Positions 27,880-39,056 of a DNA stretch of 64,000 nucleotides are shown piece after piece (position 1 is the first letter of the stretch; every line of letters starts with the position of its first letter). This DNA is from Octopus vulgaris (taxonomy: Eukaryota). The stretch is from contig OX597814.1 of NCBI GenBank assembly GCA_951406725.2, positions 55,676,001-55,740,000 of the forward strand. Direction: 5' to 3'. The notes under the pieces are model-generated. The model saw nothing but the letters and a program-made list of their open reading frames with translations, was not told where the DNA came from and ran no database searches. The position numbers and the translations under genes are program-made.

Positions 27880-28216
27880 TCGGAGACCCCCTTCGGTCAC
27901 GACACAGACCATGGGATTGCACCTTGAAAGTTACTCTCCTAGACACAAGTCCGGGCGAGGTTGTTTATGGAAGACCAGCAGTCGCCCATGCATACCAGCC
28001 TCCCCTCTCCACACCACCAGTGTTATCCAAGGGAAAGACAAAGGTCGATACAGCTTGGCACCAGTGACGTCGCAACTCATTTCTACAGCTGAGTGAACTG
28101 GAGCAACGTGAAATAAAGTGCCTTGCTCAAGAACACAACACGCAGCCCGGTCCGGGATTCGAGCTCACCTCACGATCGTAAGCTCGACGCTCTAACCACT
28201 GAGCCATGCGCCTTCA
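27880..28216 (-). mobile_element. Young tRNA-derived SINE (family D)
   Basis: Minus-strand head ggcgcaTGGCTCAGTGGttagagcg (A box)...gctcgaatcc (B-box-like). CpG-rich. Confidence 0.8.
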
Positions 28217-28588
28217 TCTCTCTCTATATAAACGGCAGTTTGTCTGTGCGTGTTTCTGTGTGTCTGTTTTCTCGTACCCTCACTCTGACCACGGCTTTCA
28301 ACCGATTCTGATGAAACTTGACACACACATAGCCCAATGTCATAATTCAAAACTAACGCAGCGAAAATTTTGAAAAGTTCCCCCAGTTCTGAAAAAAATC
28401 GATAAATTCGACATGGGGTCGAGAATCAGAAACCCAAACCACAGACCGTCTAGGGGACGCAACTCCACCTTTTTAACTCTGAAAAAAAATTTACCATCAT
28501 TTTTTTCTATTTTTTGGCTATAACTCTCTAAAAATGCTTTATAGTTATTTCCCTTAAAAACCTGAGCAACGCCGGGCGATGCTGCTAG
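28217..28588 (+). mobile_element. Non-autonomous Helitron, copy 2
   Basis: A|TCtctctata...cctgagcaacgccgggcgatgctgCTAG|T. Near-identical reverse complement of 26841-27216. Confidence 0.88.
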
Positions 28589-28838
28589 TACATTATATAT
28601 GTATACCTATATATACATATACATTATATATATATATATATATATATATTTGTATATATACATTATACATAGTTATATACTAATATACATCTTATATATA
28701 TATAATATATATATATATATATAAATATATAATTATCAATAATAAAGGGTGAAATTAATTAATTAATTTAGAAATAATCATTAATTTCACCAAGTAGAGT
28801 TCGGCATGTAAAAGACACATTCAAGGAAGGTTTAAGTA

Positions 28839-29119
28839 ATACTAATTAATTAAGGGTTCAGCAACGATTTGCCTCATCACACACCGAATTTAGAAATAGC
28901 AGTCAAAAAGTTTTGGCTATTCTTTCTACTTAAAGGGAGATCCCAGTAAAACCGAAGCACTTAAAAGACAAACGACGCGCGTCGTTTGTCTTTTAAGTGC
29001 TTCGGTTTTACTGGGATCTCCCTTTTAAGTAGAAAGAATAGCCAAAACTTTTTGACTGCTATTTCTAAATTCGGTGTGTGATGAGGCAAATCGTTGCTGA
29101 ACCCTTAATTAATTAGTAT
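28839..29119. repeat. Near-perfect spacerless palindrome, 140/141-bp arms
   Basis: Centre aacgacgc|gcgtcgtt at 28978/28979. The only difference I see between arms is a 1-nt indel in a T/A run. Confidence 0.95.
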
Positions 29120-29195
29120 ATAAATATATATATATACATAACACACACACATATATATACACACACACACACATTATATACGTATATACCTATAT

Positions 29196-29236
<41 letters not shown>

Positions 29237-29435
29237 CATGCATGAACATATGTTAAGGATTCTTGATGAGCCTACCTCACTGCCAGAAATGCAGGTGAAG
29301 GAGGCAGCATCAAACTACCTTATTCACTAAATGCCACATATCAGAGGAGGTTTCAACTGGTGAAGGTGCAGCAAAGCCAACACTGATACCCTAGCTTGGC
29401 TGCAGTTTTTGAGCTGAAACTAGTTAAAGAGTATT

Positions 29436-29480
<45 letters not shown>

Positions 29481-29647
29481 ATGTGTGTGTGTGTATACAT
29501 ATATACATACACACAGACACACACATATATATGCATATACATATGTAATCATATATAAGTATACACATATACATGTATCAATATGAATACTTTATATATG
29601 CGTACATCATATATATGTGTACATTACATATACATTAAACATATATG

Positions 29648-30065
29648 TGCAGGCGTGTATTTGTGGTAAGAAGCTTGCATCCAAACCATATGGTTCTGGG
29701 TTCAGTCTCACTGTGTGGCACTTTGGGCAAGTGTCTTCTACTATGGCCTCAGGCTGACCAAAGCCTTTTGAGTGGATTTGGTAGATGGAAACTGAAAGAA
29801 GCCTGTCGTGTGTGTATATATATATAAATATATGTATGTATGTATATGTTTGTGTGTCTGTGTTTGCCCCCCCCCCCATCGCTTGACAACTGATGTTGGT
29901 GTGTCTACATCCGTGTAACTTGGCAGTTCAGCAAAAGAGACCAGTAGAATAAGTACTAGGCTTACAAAGAATAAGCTCTGGGGTTGATGCGTTTGACTAA
30001 AGGTGGTGCTCCAGCATGGCTGCAGTCAAATGACTGAAATCAGTAAATGGATAAAGGAATAAAAG
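29648..30065 (+). mobile_element. SINE family C, near full length
   Basis: Head gtggtaagaagcttgc...gggcaagtgtcttcta, internal (TA)/(TG) tract, tail gctccagcatggctgcagtcaaatgactgaaa. Reverse copy at 49580-49983. Confidence 0.8.
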
Positions 30066-30192
30066 AATATATATATATAAATGTATATGTATACACGACA
30101 TATATGTACATATATATATATGTATACATGTATACATATACACACACATATATATATTAATCAATGTGTACAATATTATATCCATTAAGGCC

Positions 30193-30425
30193 GATCTTAC
30201 GAATTGGTTTTGCACTAGGGGTTCAACGGTGTGTTAAGTAACAGTCTGATTATGAATCCCTGCACCATTTAGAGGTAACTGTTATGGAATGAAATATAGA
30301 GAATGCTCCTTATATTCATTCTCTATATTTCATTGATAATGGCTACCTCTGAAGAGCGCAGTTACATAATCAAATATTACCTAATACTGCATTGAACTCC
30401 TAGTGTGAAACCAATTAGTAAGATC
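30193..30425. repeat. Diverged fold-back element with a hammerhead-like motif in the right arm
   Basis: gatcttacgaattggttt...tagagaatg, an 11-nt spacer, then cattctcta...aaaccaattagtaagatc. CTGAAGA at 30349 and GAAA at 30407. Confidence 0.75.
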
Positions 30426-30502
30426 AATTAATATACCCTCTCTACTGACAGATACATGAGTGCATTTTTCCTGACTTATGGACACTTAGATGGCATACAC
30501 AC

Positions 30503-30573
<71 letters not shown>

Positions 30574-30992
30574 TATATATACATACAAACACTCTTTAAC
30601 TAATCAAAGCCTAAGAGCTGCAGCCATGCTGGTGCACAGCTTCACTACAGCTTCACCACTTGAAACATCTAATGTGTGACATTTGGTGAATGCAGGTGTT
30701 TGATGCTACTGCTCTCAACTGCATTTTCTGCTGTGAGGTGGCTTCATCCAGAATGCTTGACAGGAAGAGTTCCAGTTTTGCTTTCAAGGCACCTACATCC
30801 ACACCATGCAGGTCTGTCAGGCTTTTTTGGGTGGATATTGAAGAGTTGTGGGGCCCCTGTTGCAGTATCTGGTCCGGTATCTTGATGGTGATGTTAGGAT
30901 CTTTGGCGCTATGTAGTGTACCCAGTTCTGCTGTTTATGTAACTTTCAATATGAAAGGTTGGTACAAGTTCCTTCTGAATTTTCCTGATATA

Positions 30993-31209
30993 TGAGGAGA
31001 TGCTGATATATTCCTGGCTTTAAGGGTATCACAAAAGGCCTGGTTGAAGACCCAACCTTCTGAGTTCTTTTATGGGACTTAGAAAAAATAACGGACCACG
31101 GCAATAAATATGTGAATCTGTGAGGGGAATATGTTGGATAAAATCATAATTAATTGATTCTCCTCTATTTTCTTGTATCCAAAGCCAGGAACTTTTCAGC
31201 ACCCCCTCA
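30993..31209. mobile_element. Mariner-derived MITE, second copy, nested in a decayed retroelement-like region (about 30600-31560)
   Basis: Reverse complement of 17421-17636. TA flanks. Confidence 0.8.
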
Positions 31210-32290
31210 TATATCACTACATATCTTTCCTGTCTCCATTCTAGGGAGTAGTGTCTAACCATTTTCAGCCTTACCCCATAGCTGACATGTTGCATTGAGT
31301 TGATCTTCTTTGTGTAGCTTCACTGCATTTCTTTGAGTTCTGCTGTTAATTTTACACTGTGTTGGGAGAAACAACTGAGGACATATATCCTCCAGAGGAC
31401 CGTCAGCTGGCTAGATGGATCCTTTGAATTTTCAGAACATCTGCATTTTATTGCCAACTTAGTACTATGCACCTGGAAAGATGTCTCATTACTCATGTCA
31501 ATGCCCAAGTCATGCACTCATTTTGATTCAGGGACTGCAATCCCCCCCCCCCACTGCATTTCATTTTGATCATTAAAAGATAAGGACACTAAATCTGATA
31601 TTAAATAAGCAATTATTAGTAGTGCCTCACCATATATTATTGAGGACTTGAAGTATAATTTATGCTTGGAAGAAATATTCCGTATCTTTACCTATAACAA
31701 CAGTTTATTAAATTACAGAAATGAATTAACTCTAAAATGCACACATTCATTTAGAAAAGCATTTAAATATTTTCCAAATGAGAATTTTTAATAGGATATC
31801 ATATAGATATCCTAAAGTGCACTGGTTTCAATACCCAAGTTAGCCAAGTTGAATAATCATAAATTTTCTCTAGTTAAATTTTAGCAATCTCATGATAAAC
31901 CTCATAATTATAGGATTATTTTTTGTGGATTGTGACTATGTATCACTACAATTTCAACATATTTCATTCATCTTAATCAATACTACACTTCTAATGTTCC
32001 AAAGAATATAAAACTTTCTTGCTAGGGACTAGTTTCAATACCCAAATTAAAATGGCATTTCTTTATTTCCCTTTTAATTCCTATTTTTCTAATCCCTATG
32101 AAATCTATTTATTTTATATGAAATCATTTTAACTTCATGATGAGTCGTCGGTGAGGTGAACACATCCTGACCTAATTAAGGATTTTCCTACTACTAAGAA
32201 TGTAAAATAATCTATTCCCTTCAATTCTAAAAAGGTCATGCTAAGTTTAAATCTTGAAAATGTATAATTTTCCATTCTCCTTTATATATA

Positions 32291-32480
32291 TCATCATCAT
32301 CATCATCATCGTTTAGCGTCCGTTTTCCATGCTAGCATGGGTTGGACGGGTCAACTGGGGTCTGTGAAGCTGGAAGGCTTCGTCAGGCCCAGTCAGATCT
32401 GGCAGTGTTTCTACGGCTGGATGCCCTTCCTAACGCCAACCACTCCGCGAGTGTAGTGGGTGTTTTTTACGTGCCACCTG
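32291..32480 (-). mobile_element. Young SINE family A copy
   Basis: (cat)n-cgtttagcgtccg...gatgcccttcctaacgccaaccac. CpGs retained. Runs directly into the tandem array. Confidence 0.85.
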
Positions 32481-33263
32481 CACAGGTGCCAGACAGAGCT
32501 GGCGAACGGCCACGAACAGATGGTGCTTTTACGTGTCACCGGCACGGGGCCAGGCGATGCTGGCAACGGACACGAACGGATGGTGCTTTTACGTGCCACC
32601 AACACGGGGCCAGACAGAGCTGGCAACCGGCCACGAACGGACGGTGCTTTTACGTGTCACCGGCACGGGGCCAGCCGAGGCTGGCAACGGACGCGAACGG
32701 ATGGTGCTTTTACGTGCCACCGACACAGTTGCCAGACAGAGCTGGCAAACGGCCACAAGCGGACGGTGCTTTTACGTGTCACCGGCACGGGGGCCAGCCG
32801 AGGCTGGCAACGAACACAGACGGATGGTGCTTTTACGTGCCACCGACACGGGGCCATACAGAGCTGGCAAACAGCCACGAACGGATGGTGCTTTTACGTG
32901 TCACCGGCACGGGGGCCAGCCGAGGCTGGCAACGGACGCGAACAGATGGTGCTTTTACGTGCCACCGACACGGTTGCCAGACAGAGCTGGCAAACGGCCA
33001 TGAGCGGACGGTGCTTTTACGTGTCACCGGCACGGGGGCCAGCCGAGGCTGGCAAAGGACATGGACGGATGGTGCTTTTACGTGCCACCGACACGGGGCC
33101 AGACAGAGCTGGCAAACGGCCATGAACGGATGGTGCTTTTACGTGCCACTGACACGGGGCCAGACAGAGCTGGCCAACGGCCACGAACGGACGGTGCTTT
33201 TACGTGTCACCGGCACGGGGCCAGGCGAGGCTGGCAACGAACACGAACGGATGGTGCTTTTAC
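32460..33263. repeat. GC-rich minisatellite, 13 units of about 61 bp, alternating A/B monomers
   Basis: Core ggaYggtgcttttacgtgYcacc recurs every 60-62 bp. A units carry gccagacagagctggc and B units carry gccagccgaggctggc. Confidence 0.97.
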
Positions 33264-35613
33264 ACTATATGTACACTATATTCTTAGACACTATATTTTT
33301 ATATACCTTACTTTATCCTTAATGCCAATCCTTAACTTTCTCCCTCACTCTATGTACCTCTCTTTCTATTTATTTACTTTTCTTTCTTTTTACCACTTAA
33401 CAATCACCTCTGCTATCATTCTGTTATTGAACGTTGATATGTTTCCATCTTTTTTCCGGATATTTACACTATCAGGACTTTAACCTACATAGATTTATGC
33501 AGGATACACCAAAGGACTTATGGACTCATTTCTACAAGATCAGAAAGTTGAAATGTGAACTTTTCTTCTTCTTTTTTCTTCTCTTTCTTCCTCTCCTTAT
33601 TCCTTTACTCCTGTCCTCTATGTCGTTATCTCATTAATCTATACCCTTCTCATTTTCTCTATTTGTCTCCAATGATGGAATATCCCAAGCTCTGGGATAT
33701 CCTAGAAACAGCAGTAAGACTTTGAATTTTGTTTTCCAATAATAATAATGTATATGACTTGAGATGTTTGCATTGCCTTAACATTTGTTGTCCTCTAACA
33801 ATTATATATCCACTGTATTGGAAATCTGCAATGGCTCCATAACTACCATCTCGGCTATAACCTTGGAGCCCTAGTAATCCACTACAGCACCTACCTAGCA
33901 TAACTAGTCATTTAGATCACTTGTGAAATAAACCCCCATATTTTGTATATATATATATATATACCACAACTTTCAAACACATTTACCCAATGTACAATGG
34001 TATCGATAAATAAATTCCATAAGTAAATTACAACCCCTCTTAAATATGTAACTAAACAGCGACAACTCTATTAAGTCATAAAAATTACAATCCCTACTGT
34101 CTTCTGTAGTGTAATATAGAAGTAAAGCTTAATAACCACATTATTTCAATCAATCAATATACAGTTAGGATTAAACACTAACCTTACTAAAACTACAGGA
34201 GACATTTAAACAAATGTACATTGTATTGGTATTAATAATAAACAATAACTAAAATATATGCTAAATTGCATATATATACATATACAAACACACATATAAA
34301 TACCTACAGACATGTACACACATATCTAATTAAAATAGTAAAGGAAAAAACAATCAAGGGAGTCACAGAACACATCCAAAGTTACCTAGACTGAATTACA
34401 AATTTGTTTTAAGAGTTTTGTGGTTGCATGAAATGATTCAGTCAGATATTTTAATTAGCAATTAGACCTTGAAGAAAAAAAAGCTTCAAGTACTTCAGAC
34501 ATACATAAGTTGCAGGAGATTCTATTTCCAGTATATAGCTGAGTGTTTTTAGCATGTTGTATTCAAGTTTAACAAGTGTGATATTTAAAAATTTCCAATA
34601 TAAGTTACAAAAAATTGGATTTCTTGCATCGTGTTGTCAAAAGCACTATATATATAGAAATAAAAACTTCTTTGTTATTAAGAATATTGACTATGCTTTT
34701 GTGGTCACGATGGTCACATTGAGATACTCAGAAGGCCCTCACTCAAATTTGTGCACTTGTAATATATGTTGTATTATCTTTACTTTGATTTTAAAATTAT
34801 TATATAGTTGAAACTATATTTTGGACAAGATCCAGTAATATGATAGTTTTAGTGTTTTTGTTAAAGACAATGTCATGCCTTGGCTGGAACGGTGGGTAGT
34901 TTTTCCTAAGAATAAAGAATATTTCAACAAAAGGAGTGGCAACTTTCAATTTATAACAAAAGATAAACCAGCAGATGTGTCTTTCCCTTAATTATTTCCA
35001 GTACAAATCACAATTTGCATGCAACAAAAACCAGCCAGTAGCCTTCTACTTGAAACCACATTATAACAGATTGAACAGCCATTAAAGATTTCCTCATTAG
35101 AAGGAGTTTTCAATAACATAAGGGAAGTATTACAAGTTAATTTATCAAGGATATTTTTCAGTTTTCAGACTATTTATATAACTATAAGTTTCATTGTATT
35201 TATCATAAATATAGAAGTTACTATTCAGAAAACAAAATATAGTAGTACTCACGTACTAGAGTAATTGGATTCTCTACATAATAACAACCATAAAAATAAT
35301 GAAATTCATAAATATATGAAAAGAATTATCCAACAACAAATTGCACTAAGAACATTTTTTTGAAATACTTCACTTTCATTATCTCAGTTTCTGCCCATAA
35401 GCCAATCTGATGAATGATTCTATATACGACAAAACAAGGCTTGTTAGAAATGGTTATAGTGACAGGATATATGATATAACAATTTTGCACATATACATAG
35501 ACCAAGCAAAAAGCACCTATGCTGGTACTACAGAAAAAGTACCTGTGCCAGTGTCATGTAAAGAGGACCCAGCACACAATACATATACACTCACAAATAT
35601 GTATTTATATATA

Positions 35614-35850
35614 TAAAATTAATATAAACAGCAGTTTGCAATGTTTAACCAAAAAGGAGAATTATAATTGTTACTAAATGTGACTAGGGTATAAGGAAAC
35701 TCCTACATTGCTAAAAATAAGAGCTAAAGTGCTCCAATGCTCTTATTTCTAGCAATGTAGGTGTCTCCTAACAACCTAGTTAATATTTAGTGACAAGTAT
35801 AGTTCTCCTGTTTGGTGAAACATTGCAAACTGCTGTTTATATTAATTTTA
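35614..35850. repeat. Fold-back element, about 110-bp arms, 14-nt spacer
   Basis: taaaattaatataaacagcagtttgcaatgttt...aagagc and gctctt...aaacattgcaaactgctgtttatattaatttta. A third partial arm lies at about 36060-36130. Confidence 0.88.
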
Positions 35851-36154
35851 AATACACACATTAGTGACTCACTAAATCATCCAATAATTTGGATGGCGAA
35901 AACATAAATACTAAAAGCCAAACAATTGAGTGGGCTTAATTGACGAGGCAATGGAAATTTCCGGAACCAATATCAATATTAAAAATTCTTGATCAGCATT
36001 TTTTGGACAACTATAGTCCCTGTTAGAGTATATGTTTGCATTCATGTGCATGAACTACAGCTTTGGAGCACTTTAGGTCTTATTTCTAGCAATGTGTTTC
36101 CTAACACGCTAGTCACATTTAGTGACAATTATTTATATATATATATACATAAAC

Positions 36155-36276
36155 ATTATTCTTATATAAGAATATTGTTGACAATGACTTTGAAGTTTCA
36201 ACCAGCTAAGCCTTCAACAGACTGAGCTGGCCAAAACTTCGAAGTCACTGTCAAAACATACTTACATAGGAATAAT
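36155..36276. repeat. Short fold-back containing a degenerate hammerhead-like motif
   Basis: ttgacaatgactttgaagttt and aaacttcgaagtcactgtcaa arms. Minus strand reads cagt-CTGTTGA-aggcttagctggtt-GAAA-cttcaaag-TC-attg. Confidence 0.7.
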
Positions 36277-36892
36277 AAATTTGTACTCTACAAAAGTATA
36301 GAGTAACCCATCAGGTTAATGTAAAATTGTTTTTATTATAACTGAACCTAAATAAGTATATATATATATATATACAAGGTGGTATCAAAAAGTTCCCAAA
36401 CTAGTTCTGTAGCATGCCAACAGCGAGACCTTGCAGTGACTTTATTTTTTCATAATCCCTTAGTTGTTGATGAAAATGCCATCAATAATCTGCCTCAAAA
36501 GAATAATATCTTTGAGATGATGGACCATCCTGCTATATATCTAGCAACATTAATTAAAGTTGGTATATACCAATAGATATATTATCTTCTGAAGATCTGA
36601 TGTTTCTGTGTGATTATGCAATCATATATATAACAATTACTGCACAACATACAAGCATTCACTCGTGAAACATGTGTAAAGATTATGTAATTTATGATTT
36701 CATAATTAAAAGACAAACTAAATCTCCTGTTTTGACCTGCTCTCAGATATACATTCTGTAAATTATTCAAATGTATCATCAAAAGAAAATTCGATTGCAA
36801 TTTGGAAATGCATGAATTTTGATGGAATTCTTCAATACATACATTTTACTTGTATGTATGTATGTATCTATGTAAGTTTTATATATATATAG

Positions 36893-36942
36893 CAAAAACT
36901 GTCCGATGAACGGCAACGGGAAACTCAGAGTAACAGGTTTTG
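36893..36942 (+). ncRNA. Minimal type I hammerhead ribozyme-like motif (Penelope-type), core slightly mutated
   Basis: Stem I caaaaactgt/acaggttttg (9 of 10 pairs), core CCGATGA, stem II cg-GCAA-cg, GAAA, stem III ctc-a-gag, cleavage triplet GTA. Confidence 0.65.
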
Positions 36943-36963
36943 TCGAATTTTCTGCTGCTTTAA

Positions 36964-37031
<68 letters not shown>

Positions 37032-37519
37032 ACCATGTCTCCCTTATCAGTCATTAAAATAATTCTTCCATGGCTATTGAGTTTATTTGACTCTTATTTC
37101 TAGCAATACTTCAGCTGAATAGTACCCTTTGTCACTTTAATGACGTATATATTTCTACCTTAGGTTGTAAAATTGCAAATTAGCAAATCATTATTTTTAA
37201 TTTTCACTTTTACTATTTATGAAATTAGCATATGATTTCAACAGAAATCTTATAAGCTGACCAGATGAGCTGAGTTTAATCTTAGGCATAGTGAGAGCCA
37301 TCAATGAGCATTAAGATGCATTAAGCATCAAAAGGGAAAATCATCAATGATCTGGCTATATCTGCAATGATCTGGCTATATCTTGTCTCCCTTGTCATTC
37401 ATTAAGATAGTGCTATTGCAGCTATTGAGTTGTTTTGATTTTATTTTGCATGTGCAATCATTTATATCTCTATAGAGTAAGTGGCAAATTACAGCACTGA
37501 ATTAATTGTGGCTTCTGAT

Positions 37520-38613
37520 TTACAGGTGTTTGAACCGAGTCAAGTGTTAAATGGAACCTGTTGAGTGTCGAGCAGTGATCCGGTTTTTGTATTTGAAAGG
37601 ACGCACACCACGGGAGACTTTTGATGAAATGAAAGTAACTTATGGTGATGATGCCCCATCATATGACCTTGTAAAACGCTGGCATCGTGAATTCAAACAT
37701 GGTCGGAACTCTGTGGAAACAGCTCCCAGATCTGGTCGCCCCCTTCTGACAATGATGAGGCATCTATCCATCAAGTTGAGGCTGCCATTTTGGAAGATCG
37801 ACGCATAACTATTCGCCAAATAGCCCATGAGGTCAAGATTAGTACCGGGTCTGTGGAAACTATCATTCATGACCATTTGCATATGCAAAAGGTATCTGCC
37901 AGATGGATTGCCAGGTTGCTCACGCCTTTCCAGAAGTAAGAACGCATTGAGTGCTTGGGGGTGAATTTGGAGATGTGCCAAGAAGATGAGTCAAAATTTT
38001 TCAAAAGACTGATTACACAGGATGAAACCTGGGTCCATCACGATGATCCAGAGACCAAAGCCCAGTCAATGCAGTGGAAGCACCGTGACTCACCCCTCCA
38101 AAGAAGGCAAGGATGCAGCCCTCCGCTGGCAAGGTCATGCTCACAGTCTTCTGGGACCAGGACGGAGTAGTGATGACAGATTTCCTGGCAAAGGGTACCA
38201 CAATTGCAGGAGCCTATTATACTTCACTTTTGAGGAAATTAAGAGAAGTTATCAAAATCAAGAGGTGGGACAAGATCAGCAAAGGCATCCTCCTCCTGCA
38301 GGACAATGCTCCGGTCCACAACTACTTTCCTGACCTTGCACCCTCTGATTTTCACCTCTTCCCAGTCATGAAGTTGTTTTTGAAAGGAAAGCGTTTCCCA
38401 GATGATGCAGCCTTGATTTCTGAAGTCGCGTTCAGGTTGGAGGACCAAGCTGGGGTCTTCTATAAAAACGGTCTCCAGAGCTGCATCAAACAATGGGAGA
38501 AATGCGTAACTCTGGGTGGTTCCTATGTAGAAAAAGACTAATAACTGTGCCAAGCTTCGTTGCTCTACTGCTATGGGAAGTGGGTCAGGGGCATTACAGT
38601 TGAACGCCCCCCG
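37520..38613 (+). mobile_element. Mariner (DD34D) element with disrupted transposase; right end present, left TIR not found
   Basis: ATG 37551 MEPVECRAVIRFLYLKG..., WHREFKHGR, PRSGRP, ITQDETWVHH, KVMLTVFWD, LLLQDNAPVH, PDLAPSDFHLF, GGSYVEKD stop 38541. Frameshifts and a premature TAA. Ends ...gttgaacgccccccg|TA. Confidence 0.93.
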
Positions 38614-38651
<38 letters not shown>

Positions 38652-38698
38652 TACATATATATACACACATACACACACACATACATATATATATACAT

Positions 38699-38749
<51 letters not shown>

Positions 38750-38888
38750 GAAGTCAAACTAAGTTTTGATATTTTGAATGCATTTAATATGCATGTTTGA
38801 GGTCACTGAAGAGATGAGAAAGGAATTCATATCTTACACATCTTTTGCATTTAAGACATTGTTGAATGAGACATAATATGATTTTATT

Positions 38889-39056
38889 CTTTCCTACTCT
38901 AGGCACAAGGCCCGAATTTTTGGGGGAGGGGGTCAGTCGATTAGATTGACCCAAGTATGCAACTGGTACTTAATTTATAAACCCCAAAAGGAAGAAAGGC
39001 AAAGTTGACCTCGGTGGAATTTGAACTCAGTACATAAAGACAGGCAAAATACCGCT
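38889..39056 (-). mobile_element. SINE family B copy
   Basis: ggcacaaggcccgaattttt...aaaggcaaagttgacctcggtggaatttgaactcag. Confidence 0.8.

Noticed and set aside
28150-28213. tRNA gene
   Set aside because: A and B boxes are present but there is no complete cloverleaf. It is the head of a SINE.
26841-28588. Single large TIR transposon with 370-bp TIRs
   Set aside because: No TSD, and each arm has independent Helitron termini and an A|T target.
32460-33263. CRISPR-like array (constant core with intervening segments)
   Set aside because: The intervening segments are two recurring variants rather than unique spacers, there are no cas genes, the context is eukaryotic and the array is continuous with a SINE.
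32342-33322. 326-aa ORF and overlapping long ORFs
   Set aside because: By-product of a stop-poor GC-rich 61-bp repeat: the same peptides cycle through all three frames.
36375-36425. Mariner-like TIR (caaggtggtatcaaaaagttccc) as left end of the 37551 mariner
   Set aside because: It does not match the reverse complement of the right end (cggggggcgttcaactgtaatg). Likely a solo end from another family.
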